From a virus, in IMG/VR virus record IMGVR_UViG_3300025834_000005: a stretch of 64,000 nt of DNA; one strand, given 5' to 3'. Numbering within the stretch: position 1 is the stretch's first letter; the number at the start of each line of letters is the position of its first letter. Position numbers and translations under genes: made by a program. Of the stretch, positions 35,137-45,500 are shown piece after piece. The notes beneath the pieces are model-generated. The model had not been told where the DNA came from. It was given only the letters and a program-made list of their open reading frames with translations, and searched no databases.

Positions 35137-36264
35137 TTAAATAGCGATTATTGGGAATTGAATTGGCTGGAATCCTCTTTCCTTATTAATATTCTCTGCG
35201 ATAGTCGCTCTCTCCAACGTTAAATTAGCTTGTGACATTTTCTCTAAAGCATCCATTATGATTTTCTCAGTATCCTCTTTCAGTTTAGTTCCTTCATCAA
35301 GTAAGTGACGGTAATCCATAACAAGTGCTTTTTCAGCTACACCAAGTTCACCTGTGAAGAATCCACGAATACCACCGACAACTATTTTCACTTTAGCTAT
35401 TAATAGATTTCTTATTTGTTGTTTAGCAACGTCATTCAAATTCTCCCATTGAAGAACTTCTGTCGGAGCATCTGATGGTAATCGTACAATATCTTGGTTC
35501 TTCTTCAAGCATTTTTTACGATCTTTATCAGAAGTAAACATGGTGTCGTAATACCAATACCAAACCTTTCTACCAGCATAATGTTTACCCCATCCATAAG
35601 CAATTTCTCGTCTACCGCCTGGAATTGGGTATAAATGAAGCATCTTTTCACCTGATTCTAAGCCAGTTATACGATATGTTAAAATCGACTGTAATACTCT
35701 ACTTTTCATACTACGATCTTGTGCTGACAATAATGCAGAATATGTTGGCTGAACATACATCGACGGACGACCAAGGTATGACCACCCAGCCATGCCAGGC
35801 GTAAACGTGTTAAGTGCCATAGGATCAATCATTCCAGCGTCCACCTCTGGCGGAGTTTCCCATAAAACTTCGTTAACTTCTCGACCTGCTGGTATTATAT
35901 AATGTTGGGTGTTTTCGGCTGTTATAATATAATCCCTTTTTAATTCCCACCCAGCACCAGCTGGCGCATTCGTGCCTAACCCAACCTGTTTTGAGTACGC
36001 ATATGTGAATGATTTCATATAGTTGTTACTCTTGCTTGTGAATGCCGATACAAAGTCACTATTAACCTTATCCAAGCCCTCTAAGTTGATCCACTGCTGA
36101 TGAATCAACCATGCATTTACAAGTGATGAATAGTCTTCTATGACCATTTCAAGATATGACATCAACATATCGTCTTTTATTTCGAAAGGTCTTAAAGGGT
36201 AACCCATTTCATGTTTTACCTGAAGAAATAATTTATTTTTGTTTGTGCTTGCTATTATCGCCAT
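35137..36264 (-). CDS. Hypothetical late protein (375 aa), possibly neck/adaptor
   Basis: ORF with GTATTTATAT 23 nt upstream. No motif recognised. Confidence 0.55.
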   Translation of the reverse strand: MAIIASTNKNKLFLQVKHEMGYPLRPFEIKDDMLMSYLEMVIEDYSSLVNAWLIHQQWINLEGLDKVNSDFVSAFTSKSNNYMKSFTYAYSKQVGLGTNAPAGAGWELKRDYIITAENTQHYIIPAGREVNEVLWETPPEVDAGMIDPMALNTFTPGMAGWSYLGRPSMYVQPTYSALLSAQDRSMKSRVLQSILTYRITGLESGEKMLHLYPIPGGRREIAYGWGKHYAGRKVWYWYYDTMFTSDKDRKKCLKKNQDIVRLPSDAPTEVLQWENLNDVAKQQIRNLLIAKVKIVVGGIRGFFTGELGVAEKALVMDYRHLLDEGTKLKEDTEKIIMDALEKMSQANLTLERATIAENINKERGFQPIQFPIIAI

Positions 36265-36279
36265 AATTAAGTATTTTTG
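36249..36279 (+). promoter_or_regulatory. Bacteroidetes sigma-A-type promoter for the helicase block
   Basis: cTTGc (36249-36251), 20 nt spacer, TATTTTTG (36272-36279), ATG at 36312. Confidence 0.55.
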
Positions 36280-36287
36280 TGCTTTTA

Positions 36288-36297
36288 ATATAAATAC
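36288..36297 (-). promoter_or_regulatory. Late-promoter-like motif GTATTTATAT
   Basis: TAGTATTTATATTA, 23 nt before the ATG of 35137..36264. Confidence 0.5.
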
Positions 36298-36311
36298 TAA
36301 ATAATTGGAAT

Positions 36312-36782
36312 ATGTTTAAAATTGAATACAATGTAAAAATTGATGATGAGACTGGTGATCCGTATATTGATATCCCTGTCGATTATGAACAAAGACAAGA
36401 GGATAAGTTCTTCGCATTCGAAATTACGAGATATGTTTTACAGGACATCTTAAAAAAGGGTACATATAATTCAAACCCAATCCTTCTCAAAGCAATACAG
36501 GATAATTTTGATTTTATTAGCGATATTTCCGATGAATTAGGATCATTAATTGTAGACCAAATGAAAATAGCTGGCGAGATCAGCATGTCGTTTGATGTAA
36601 ATTATAATTTTAAGGTTGATACATATAATGACCTTTTATATAAAAATATGTATCATTATAAGGATAAATTATTCATGAAAGTACAAGGATTAACGGTATA
36701 CGTTAACGATACAAATGACATTTATGTTTATGACTTGGACGAGACCGATACATTAGCATGGATTAAAATAGTCGGAGCATGA
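36312..36782 (+). CDS. Hypothetical early protein (156 aa)
   Basis: First ORF downstream of the CTTGC-N20-TATTTTTG promoter. Confidence 0.5.
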   Translation: MFKIEYNVKIDDETGDPYIDIPVDYEQRQEDKFFAFEITRYVLQDILKKGTYNSNPILLKAIQDNFDFISDISDELGSLIVDQMKIAGEISMSFDVNYNFKVDTYNDLLYKNMYHYKDKLFMKVQGLTVYVNDTNDIYVYDLDETDTLAWIKIVGA

Positions 36783-38278
36783 AAATGATTCCAACTAAAG
36801 AACAGAAGACTATTTTTAATTTTGTTAAGAATAGACCCGAAAGTATTTTGATTGAAGCATTTGCTGGTAGTGGTAAAACAACCACAATTGTCGAAGCTGT
36901 TAAATTATTGCCAGAATCTTTAAAAATAACATTTTTGGCTTTCAATAAGCATATAAAAGAGGAACTTAGCTTAAAATTACCTGAACATGTTAAATGTTAT
37001 ACAACATATGGTCTCGGATATTCGGCGATTATGCGTAAATATAAGGACAAAATCAAATTTGACGAGTTTAAAATTGATAAACTGATTCAGAAGAAGGCTA
37101 AATCATGGGTTTTATCGGACAATATTAAAGACGAGTCCGATAAGTATCTATATTTTAATCAAATTAAGCGATTAGTTGATGCTTGTAGGCTAACTTTAAC
37201 AATGAAGCCCGAATATGTCCCATATATATCGGACAGATATGATATTGGTTTACATAAACCAGAGGATATTAAACGTGCGTTAAAAATATTAGATGCTGCA
37301 TCCACCGATAGAACCACATTCGATTATACCGACATGGTATATCTACCAGCTATCGATAATTCAATATGGATGTTTCCACAGGATGTTGTATTTGTTGATG
37401 AGGTACAGGATGTAAATCGTTGTCAGATAAAGATCATTGAGAAGATATTGAAAAAGGATAAAGTAACTGGTAAAACAATTGGTAGACTTATAGCCGTTGG
37501 CGATTACTACCAAGGTATATACGGATTTAATTATTCTGATGATAAATCCTTCCAATGGTTTAGAGATTATAAAGGAATTGAGACATTAAAACTATCATAT
37601 TCCTTTAGATGTGCTAAAAACGTCATTCTAAAGGCTAATGAGATTGTTCCAGATATTCTTGCATTGGAAACAGCACCAGATGGACTTGTTAGACAGGGTT
37701 CAGTATTAGCAGAAGCAGCAAGTGGAGATTTTGTTTTGTGTCGAACCACAGCACCTTTAATAAGGTTGTTTTTCGAATTACTTATTCAACATAAAAAAGC
37801 TGTTATCAAAGGTACTGATATTGGAATTGGTTTGGTTAACATGATCGGAGAGATAAAAACAGTTGATAAATTAATTTATCATTGGGAGACAAAACTTTTT
37901 AATATGAAAAGGGAGATATCAGCAACAGGTGTCATAAATCCTGAATTACATAGCGGATATGTTGCTTTGGAGGATAAAGTGCTTACATTAACATTTCTCG
38001 GAAGACTATCAAAAGATATTATTGATCTTAAATTAAAAATATCCATGATTTTTAGTGACGAAAATGGCGATGGTATTATTTTATCTACGGTGCATAAAGC
38101 AAAAGGTAGCGAAGCTGATAGGGTTTTTATAGTTAGACCAGATTTAATGCCTCTTCCAAATTCGAGAGGATGGCAAGCAGCCCAAGAACAGAATCTTATG
38201 TATGTTGCGTATACGAGAGCAAAAACAGAATTAATATTTGACATGGAATGGTCAGACGAAAAAATTAACGAAGAATAA
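36779..38278 (+). CDS. UvrD/Rep/PcrA-like superfamily 1 DNA helicase
   Basis: AFAGSGKTTT (Walker A), VFVDEVQDVN (motif II), GDYYQGIYGF (III), STVHKAKGSEADRVFIV (V), YVAYTRAKTEL (VI). Confidence 0.8.
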   Translation: MKMIPTKEQKTIFNFVKNRPESILIEAFAGSGKTTTIVEAVKLLPESLKITFLAFNKHIKEELSLKLPEHVKCYTTYGLGYSAIMRKYKDKIKFDEFKIDKLIQKKAKSWVLSDNIKDESDKYLYFNQIKRLVDACRLTLTMKPEYVPYISDRYDIGLHKPEDIKRALKILDAASTDRTTFDYTDMVYLPAIDNSIWMFPQDVVFVDEVQDVNRCQIKIIEKILKKDKVTGKTIGRLIAVGDYYQGIYGFNYSDDKSFQWFRDYKGIETLKLSYSFRCAKNVILKANEIVPDILALETAPDGLVRQGSVLAEAASGDFVLCRTTAPLIRLFFELLIQHKKAVIKGTDIGIGLVNMIGEIKTVDKLIYHWETKLFNMKREISATGVINPELHSGYVALEDKVLTLTFLGRLSKDIIDLKLKISMIFSDENGDGIILSTVHKAKGSEADRVFIVRPDLMPLPNSRGWQAAQEQNLMYVAYTRAKTELIFDMEWSDEKINEE

Positions 38279-38293
38279 TATTAAATCAGAATT

Positions 38294-38605
38294 ATGAGAA
38301 GATATGTGAAAATTGATAATGTGGATAATTTAAGAATATCCGTTAGTTATGAGCCATTGGATAATGTTCTTATTTTTGAGGGAGAGCAGAAGTCGCCAAC
38401 GCTTATATGGGCAGTGATTACAAGGCAATCAGTTCCATATGTTCCAGAGATACTTGATAGCCTTCCACAGATATTGTATAGTGTACAGTTAAAAATGGAT
38501 GAAGTGCTTACAAATATGTTGCATATTAGCGATGTGCTTGCTCAACATAAGCTAATCGGAAGTATTGAAGAATCTGATGAGGCATTTAATCAGAAAAAAG
38601 CATAA
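38294..38605 (+). CDS. Hypothetical protein (103 aa)
   Basis: ORF followed by a bidirectional terminator. Confidence 0.5.
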   Translation: MRRYVKIDNVDNLRISVSYEPLDNVLIFEGEQKSPTLIWAVITRQSVPYVPEILDSLPQILYSVQLKMDEVLTNMLHISDVLAQHKLIGSIEESDEAFNQKKA

Positions 38606-38607
38606 AA

Positions 38608-38632
38608 AAAGGTGGAATCTAATTCCACCTTT
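38608..38632. terminator. Bidirectional intrinsic terminator
   Basis: aaaggtggaat-cta-attccaccttt between convergent 38294..38605 (+) and the MCP gene (-). Confidence 0.75.
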
Positions 38633-38655
38633 TCTATATTTAAGTCGTTAAACTC

Positions 38656-40302
38656 TTAGTTTAAATCGCCAATTCCGAATGTCTGAAGACCATCGCAGAA
38701 GATTCTACCGAAGTAACGGTTAAGAACCATTTTCTTAGCATAACGAGTGATGATACCACGTATTGGGGTAAAATCGAATGGGTTATACATGACAGGGGTC
38801 AACTGCATAGGAACATAAGGAGCATAGATATAACCAGTTTCAAGGATACTTGTTCCTTTGTGACCGATAAGGATCGTGTTTGCTGGTGCATATGGGTCAC
38901 GATACACAAGGTAACGTGAAGATAATGTACCTACTTTTTCGATACCCATGTTATACTTATCCTGTTCTGGATCAGCGTTTGACACGTGGAAATACTCTAA
39001 GTCATCCATTACGGCACTAACTTCTGGAGAAACAACAATCCAAGATGCACCACCACGAAGGGTTGATTTGTGAATCTGAGCAGAGATTTGGTTGATCTTG
39101 GTTAACAAGGTCTGATTCCAATCTTTCTGTGTTCCCATGTAAGGAGTTGTCTGACGTCTAAGACCGTTATAGTCCCAACGAGCAGTCCATGCTGCACCTC
39201 TACGAAGGTCACGAAGAATTTCTCTATCGATTTCAGCAGCCATTTGTTCTGACAATAAAGCAGTCAATTCAGCTTCGGCATCGATGTTGTGGAATGCGCT
39301 AACGTCCTGTGCAAGTTCTGGAGTCCACTGTGATCTCATTTTACGAGTCTCAACAGAAACAGTTACCTGATCAAGTACGAAAGTAACTTCAGCCATACGA
39401 GAGTCTTCTTCAAGATCGCTGTATGTTTTGTAAGTGTAAGTGAAAGATACACCTGATGTGGCAGCAGACAAAGCTTGGTAACCATCTGCACCTGGGTATG
39501 TTAAGTCAACAATAAGTTCGATACCGCCGTTTTTGTCAACGATAGCCTGACCGTATTTCTGAACCTTAACATTAAAAGGTAGGGTCATACCACTTGCAAT
39601 ACTTTCAGAGCCAAAAGCTACTGGTGCATTGAAGGCAACGTTTGAAGTGATCTTCAAACCTGCAAGGAATGATTCTGTATCCTGAGCAGCACCTTTAGGC
39701 CCGATCAATTTACCTTGCTCTGTAGCAGTGAAACCACTGAAACGAACGCTTACATATTTATCACCAGCGTTATAAGTACCAGCTGCAACGCCAGTTACGT
39801 TAGTGATTGCTCCCTTAGAATTGTCAAACAATGAAGTTCCTTCGTCACCATAAGACTGTGCATAGAATGCATCGTACAATGAGCGATCTTCAAACTGAGT
39901 TCCTGTACCATCGGTTTTGTGCTCAGCAGCATTTGTGTAAGCTCCCATAGGTGCTTTATGAACTGAGGTAGATGTTTTAGGATTGATGTAGTACAATTTA
40001 CCGATAGGTAAATTCAATGCCTGAACACTAACGATGTCGTTAGCAAGCAATTTTGCGAACACCCTACGGATAACAGGGAACGCTACAGTCTCAAACTGAC
40101 CTGATGATGCTGAATCGGTTGATTCGTTGATCATATAAGACAACTGATTCTCAAATAACTGAGCACAGTTTTCTTTTACGTGTCCGTCAAGACCCTTAAG
40201 TAGACCGATTTTTTCCCAACGGTTAGTGGTGATTTCACGTTGTTCTCTTAGCTGTTTCAAGCCAATATTTCCAACTTCATTCGATTCTGTTAAAAATCCC
40301 AT
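38656..40302 (-). CDS. Major capsid protein (T4 gp23-like, HK97 fold)
   Basis: LFENQLSY, FPVIRRVFAKLLANDIVSVQ, ETRKMRSQWTPELAQDVSAFHNIDAEAELTALLSEQMAAEIDREI and GYIYAPYVPM parallel the conserved gp23 blocks. Follows the protease and scaffold genes. Confidence 0.85.
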   Translation of the reverse strand: MGFLTESNEVGNIGLKQLREQREITTNRWEKIGLLKGLDGHVKENCAQLFENQLSYMINESTDSASSGQFETVAFPVIRRVFAKLLANDIVSVQALNLPIGKLYYINPKTSTSVHKAPMGAYTNAAEHKTDGTGTQFEDRSLYDAFYAQSYGDEGTSLFDNSKGAITNVTGVAAGTYNAGDKYVSVRFSGFTATEQGKLIGPKGAAQDTESFLAGLKITSNVAFNAPVAFGSESIASGMTLPFNVKVQKYGQAIVDKNGGIELIVDLTYPGADGYQALSAATSGVSFTYTYKTYSDLEEDSRMAEVTFVLDQVTVSVETRKMRSQWTPELAQDVSAFHNIDAEAELTALLSEQMAAEIDREILRDLRRGAAWTARWDYNGLRRQTTPYMGTQKDWNQTLLTKINQISAQIHKSTLRGGASWIVVSPEVSAVMDDLEYFHVSNADPEQDKYNMGIEKVGTLSSRYLVYRDPYAPANTILIGHKGTSILETGYIYAPYVPMQLTPVMYNPFDFTPIRGIITRYAKKMVLNRYFGRIFCDGLQTFGIGDLN

Positions 40303-40345
40303 AATTTTTTTTATTATTAAATCTTATTTTTTATTTTCGCCTAAA

Positions 40346-41674
40346 TTATTTTCCACCTACATAGCTCATGTTCTTCATCAGTCTTCTCATGTGCTCATCA
40401 TTTACATAGGTTGTTTTTTCTGTCACCTCATCTAATTTTTGTTTTGAGGACGGTTGTATAGAGGCTGATACTTTCGACTCAAGACTTTCGGTAATAGGTT
40501 TCTTTCCTTTTTTCATTTCTGAAATAACGGACTTATACTTATTCTCTGATTCAGTGATGTCACTAATGTTTTTAAACTCATTAATAACGTTAATTTTTTC
40601 TTGCTGTGTTAATGCCAAATCTTCGTTTATAAGAATATTGTTAACGTGTGCAAGGTTAGTGTTGAATACAGCCATCTCTTTCAATTGGGTTCTGTATTTT
40701 CCTAAAGCTGTTTTGTATTTTTCAAGAGTTTCAGCAACTGTCTCATTCAATTTAACGGCGGCAATCAATTTCTTGGTTACTGTTTTGTTTTCATTGATAA
40801 GTCCAGCAATTTTTGCTTTAGATTCTTGCATAAATGCAGGTGACTGATCCAATTCTCCTTTGCTTAGATATTCACTATTAGGTAGATGTCTACCAACAGT
40901 ATTTCTCCTTGCAGTGTATGAAACACCGTGAGATTCTTCAATTTCATCCTCATTTACAACATCATTGTTACTGTTTAAAGCACTGTCAATTTCTTCATCA
41001 GATGGAAGTCTCATTTCATAAACTGAATCAAGATCATTATCGTCAGCAGCTGCATTGTCCGTGAATGATGTTTCTGCTCCAGCCTCTGCATCGTCGTTAC
41101 CAACTTCAGCAGTTTCTTCGCTATCAATACCCATTGCGGCAATAATACTATTTAACTTATCTCTCAATTCTTTAAGTTCATGACCGATATTCTCGTCATC
41201 AGCTTCGGCAGTTTCTTCGCCTGTGGCTTCAATACCTTCGATGCCTTGTGCACCAGCTTCTTCGCCCGTACCTTCTGCGCCTTCAATACCCGATAATTCT
41301 CTTTCAATTTCTTCCATTGTCAAAGTCATATCGCCAGCATTATCGTCAGCATATTCTGTTTGATCAAATTCTTCTTTGATTACATCCTTAACAGGAATGT
41401 CTTTACCTTTAACTTTTTTTACTTCGGTCTCTTTGGTTTTCATAACAGAATCTTTATTTTTTTTATCATCCGATTCTTCGGATTCTTTATTTTTGTCAAC
41501 ATCATCCTTATCGGATTCTTTTGCTGATTTTTTATTCTTCTTAAACTCTTCTTTAATCAATTCGCTTATTTTTGTTGGATACTCCTCAGCCAATTTATTC
41601 TTAGCATTTACACTTGCTGCTTCGAATAATTGATTGTATTCCACTAAAGCGTCTTTTAATAACTTGTTTGCCAT
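40346..41674 (-). CDS. Prohead scaffolding protein (gp22-like)
   Basis: 442 aa, highly acidic and coiled-coil, located between the prohead protease and the MCP. Confidence 0.65.
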   Translation of the reverse strand: MANKLLKDALVEYNQLFEAASVNAKNKLAEEYPTKISELIKEEFKKNKKSAKESDKDDVDKNKESEESDDKKNKDSVMKTKETEVKKVKGKDIPVKDVIKEEFDQTEYADDNAGDMTLTMEEIERELSGIEGAEGTGEEAGAQGIEGIEATGEETAEADDENIGHELKELRDKLNSIIAAMGIDSEETAEVGNDDAEAGAETSFTDNAAADDNDLDSVYEMRLPSDEEIDSALNSNNDVVNEDEIEESHGVSYTARRNTVGRHLPNSEYLSKGELDQSPAFMQESKAKIAGLINENKTVTKKLIAAVKLNETVAETLEKYKTALGKYRTQLKEMAVFNTNLAHVNNILINEDLALTQQEKINVINEFKNISDITESENKYKSVISEMKKGKKPITESLESKVSASIQPSSKQKLDEVTEKTTYVNDEHMRRLMKNMSYVGGK

Positions 41675-41706
41675 ATTAATAATGTCGAATTAATTTAATA
41701 TTTTAC

Positions 41707-41716
41707 TAATAAATAC
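41707..41716 (-). promoter_or_regulatory. Late-promoter-like motif, variant GTATTTATTA
   Basis: 32 nt before the scaffold ATG. No motif lies between scaffold and MCP, so they are probably co-transcribed. Confidence 0.4.
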
Positions 41717-41760
41717 ACTTAGTTTGTAAAAAAGTATATAATTTTAATAAAATAATTTAT

Positions 41761-42441
41761 TTATAGTAAAAATATATCTAATGCATTTTTTAATTTATCC
41801 ACATTCTCGCTGAGTTTTTTTGTGGGTTGTTCTTCCTTTTCACTGTTTTCAGGAAATAAGAAAGCCCCAGGCGTACTCGGCGAACTAACTAAGTCAAAGC
41901 CAATTAGCTCAAAATCGTTCTGTACATAATTGTCTCCTCTAATCTCTTTTAATGTTCCAACGCCTCTTGAAGAAATACCCAGTTTAATCTTATTCATAAT
42001 GTACAATAAGATTTTATCACCTATAACTGATACAACGCCATGTCTTATGAAACCTGGACTTACGATCAATTTAAGCTTTCCGTATAGAGTATTTTCGTTA
42101 TCACCAGTGCCCCACCACATTTTTGTGATCATATGTGATATGTTCTGTAATGATATAACTGAGCTATCTGGATGGTCTGTTTCACCCATAGCCTGATTGT
42201 TGTCGACAAGCTTCTGGTATTCTATAACCTGTGGTAAAAGAACTTCTTTTGAATATATTCTACCGTTCTTATTCTTTACACCCCATTTCTGCAAGATACA
42301 AGTAACCATCACAGGTTCATTTTCTTTAAACTGAAAATTCTCTGAGATTAACTCCCTATTTAGCTCGTGAGATAAGTACCCAGAATCCTGTTCAATTAAT
42401 ATTCCGAATCCACATTCGCCTTTTTTTAATATATTGCTCAT
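41761..42441 (-). CDS. Prohead core protease (T4 gp21-like)
   Basis: NNQAMGETDHPDSSVISLQNISH resembles the G-E-x-(D/G)-H-P active-site block. Synteny with scaffold and MCP. Confidence 0.7.
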   Translation of the reverse strand: MSNILKKGECGFGILIEQDSGYLSHELNRELISENFQFKENEPVMVTCILQKWGVKNKNGRIYSKEVLLPQVIEYQKLVDNNQAMGETDHPDSSVISLQNISHMITKMWWGTGDNENTLYGKLKLIVSPGFIRHGVVSVIGDKILLYIMNKIKLGISSRGVGTLKEIRGDNYVQNDFELIGFDLVSSPSTPGAFLFPENSEKEEQPTKKLSENVDKLKNALDIFLL

Positions 42442-42458
42442 CTAATGCGTTATTTTCT

Positions 42459-42468
42459 ATATAAATAG
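42459..42468 (-). promoter_or_regulatory. Late-promoter-like motif CTATTTATAT
   Basis: 17 nt before the prohead protease ATG. Confidence 0.45.
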
Positions 42469-42505
42469 TATGAATAAAATTTAAAGTAGTATTTTTGTTT
42501 ATTAA

Positions 42506-42515
42506 CTATTTATTT
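42506..42515 (+). promoter_or_regulatory. Late-promoter-like motif, variant CTATTTATTT
   Basis: 12 nt before the ATG of the 1705-aa gene. Confidence 0.35.
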
Positions 42516-42527
42516 TAAATTCATATA

Positions 42528-45500
42528 ATGGCAGTCAATCTAATCGATCCAAACGCAGTAAATAACTCAAACACTATAAACGGAAGTCCTGTATATGAGG
42601 ATATGCATATTTTCGCCAAGCTAACAGCTGTTGGCAGAGATAGGACAATTATAACTATTAATGGTAATTCTGAGAGTATTGTCACTGAACACGGTAAAAC
42701 TGAGGGTGTTAATTTCTTAGGTGCTAATAGTGAATATAATTTTACCACTGATTGGTATGATGGAAGTACTGTTAATAATAATCAGGAGGCATTCGGTATT
42801 ACATCAATAAAAACAGTTATAAACTCATCATTCATTCCGCAAGTAAACATAAAATTTGTCGACGTCAGAGGATTATCATTTTTTAATAATGATGACTCTC
42901 CATATAGAATGATGTTTGATTTTCCGCCACCAATCTTTAATCTAACTATTAAGGGCTATTACGGTAAAGCCTTAACATATCAATTACATTTGGTTAAATA
43001 TACAAGTGAGTTTCAATCCGATTCAGGTAACTTTGTTATTGATGCTGATTTTGTGGCTTTAACGTATGCTCCATTATCGGACGTATTGTTACAATATACA
43101 GCGCATTTTCCTATGATGAATCCTGATGCTGTATTAACTGGCGATGTTAATAAAGAACCTATCAATACATTAGACCTTATAGTTAAGACACGTAGATTAT
43201 ATACTAAGTTGCCTGAGAAGATAAAGAATAGTGTTGAGAATATTAATTTTACAGAGGCTTCAAGAAGAATAGACATTTGTTATGAGGCTAATGAGTTTCT
43301 GTCGAACTATGTTATCGATGATGTTCTTACTGGTGTCGGCAGTCCGAAACTATATACATATAAAGAGTCCAACCCAACCTCAACGATTAAAACATTAGTA
43401 CCTATAAATAAGATCAGTAATTTTAATAGATATAGTACGGTTGATAATCATTTCCTTATCGGCTATGAAACTGGAAGCAGCGGAGGTACGACTAATTTTA
43501 ATATTCCTAATTATCAGGATTTTAAAAACAATACATATGCAATGAAAAACGCATTATTGGTTTATGGTAATAAACTCGCTAATGTTGTTGATTTATCGGG
43601 AGCATCTAAAGATATTAATTTAGTTGGTATGCCAGTTGTATTACAGGCTCAAAGTATTGAATATCCGAACACTCCTAAAGTGGTTGAGTTCGCATGTCTT
43701 GATATCACTAAAGCGTATAAACAGTTGACGAATAATTTTACTGTTAATCGTAATAAAAAGGAACTTGCAAAAACAGCTTTAAATAAATCGATTAATAATA
43801 TCGTATACAGTTTTCTTGGAATGGAACCCACTATATATAACGTATTTAAGATTATTTTAAATGACGTTGACGTGTTCTTCAATGAAATTAGAAAAACAGC
43901 CTATAACGCTCAGGGTATATATTCTGGGGCAGATGCTGTTAGTTTGATGGGTGATAATGCTGGAATAAGCAAAAGAGAGAAAAGCGGCAAGATCATATTT
44001 CCATTTCCTCAGATTATAAAAAATAACGAAAGGGCAACACCTCAAATGTATGAAGGTTCGTCAAGTATAGAATTTCCTGAACTCGATTTAATTGACAGAT
44101 ATATTTCAACCTATTTAAAGGTTACTAAGCAAATGAAAAAAATGGTTAGTAAGGAAAATTTATCAGAAGATGGAAATAATACTTGGATACCCTTCACATC
44201 TGCTGATAGTAGTTTGCCAGCTAATAGTAGTTCCGAAAATCCTTATGCATCATCATCAATAGATGTTCTATTCTCAACGCTATTAAAAAGGTACTATATA
44301 TTGTCACAGAATGTGTTGAAAAACGAAATGCTTAATGATCCTAAATATGTTGATTTATACGCTAAGTCTGAAGCTATAAATGCTTGTGATGCTATCACTG
44401 ATGCTCTTTTCACATCACAAATGCAGACAGCGTCAGATAATTATTCAGTTAATATAAATAATTTCTTTGATAAGATTTCTAAAAACGCTGAGCTTAATAG
44501 CTTGTTTACTTTAACTCAGAACTATGCTGGGTTGGACGATATTGAATTCAATGGTCATCATTTTGTAACATCACGAATGAAAGATACTGTTTATGATGGT
44601 TTTGAGATTATTGAAAGTAATGCGTCGCTTGAACCACGTAAGGAAACTGCTAACGGCGTCGATCCTATAACTCTATTTATAAAAGATGCTGAAACTCATA
44701 TATGGGAAAGAATCTGGAAAAAGAAAAGTAATACCGAATCAGGCAAATATATTTATACTGTTGATAATCTATTATTAGTTAAAGACACTAACGGAGATTC
44801 TGAGGACGAAACTAAATTTATTAAATCATCAAGTTCTGATATTGAATTCCTTACTATTGAGGATGATACCCTTAATATGAATTTGGTTGATGATTTATTA
44901 ATTAATGGAAATATTCTTTATGGCGATTCACAGATTTCGAAAAGCAAAGCCGAGTCGCTGAACATTCATACTGATTTTTATAGAACATGGTCGAATATTC
45001 TATCACTAAAGGGTGATATTATTGTTTCTAATGTTAATATAAGTGATGATGTTAAGGCTTTGATGTATTTGTCTAATTTCGGCAATACTTGTGGGATGTT
45101 TAATAAGTATCGTAATTATCTTAATGATTATGTATTTAGCAGAACCTCAATAATTGAAATGCCTAAATTTGTATCGGCATATATAGGTGCGATACTAACC
45201 ATTTCAAAAAGCCAAACGCTTATAGACGAGCTTAAGTCATTATATGCTGATCAGACAATGGCTGGAAATTTAATATTTGCTGATATACATGACTGTGTCG
45301 CTTATTTAAACACAACGTCAAAGTCTAAGTTTGAAACAAAATACACTAACTTTAAGACAAGTGATTTTGGCAAACTTAACACAGATATTATGCAAATAGT
45401 ATCAAATATTCAAACACAGAATATTGATAACACATATGACTTGAATGATGCTTATTATCGTAAAATGACTTCAGATAAAAATAAGTTTGCGTGTTTAATG

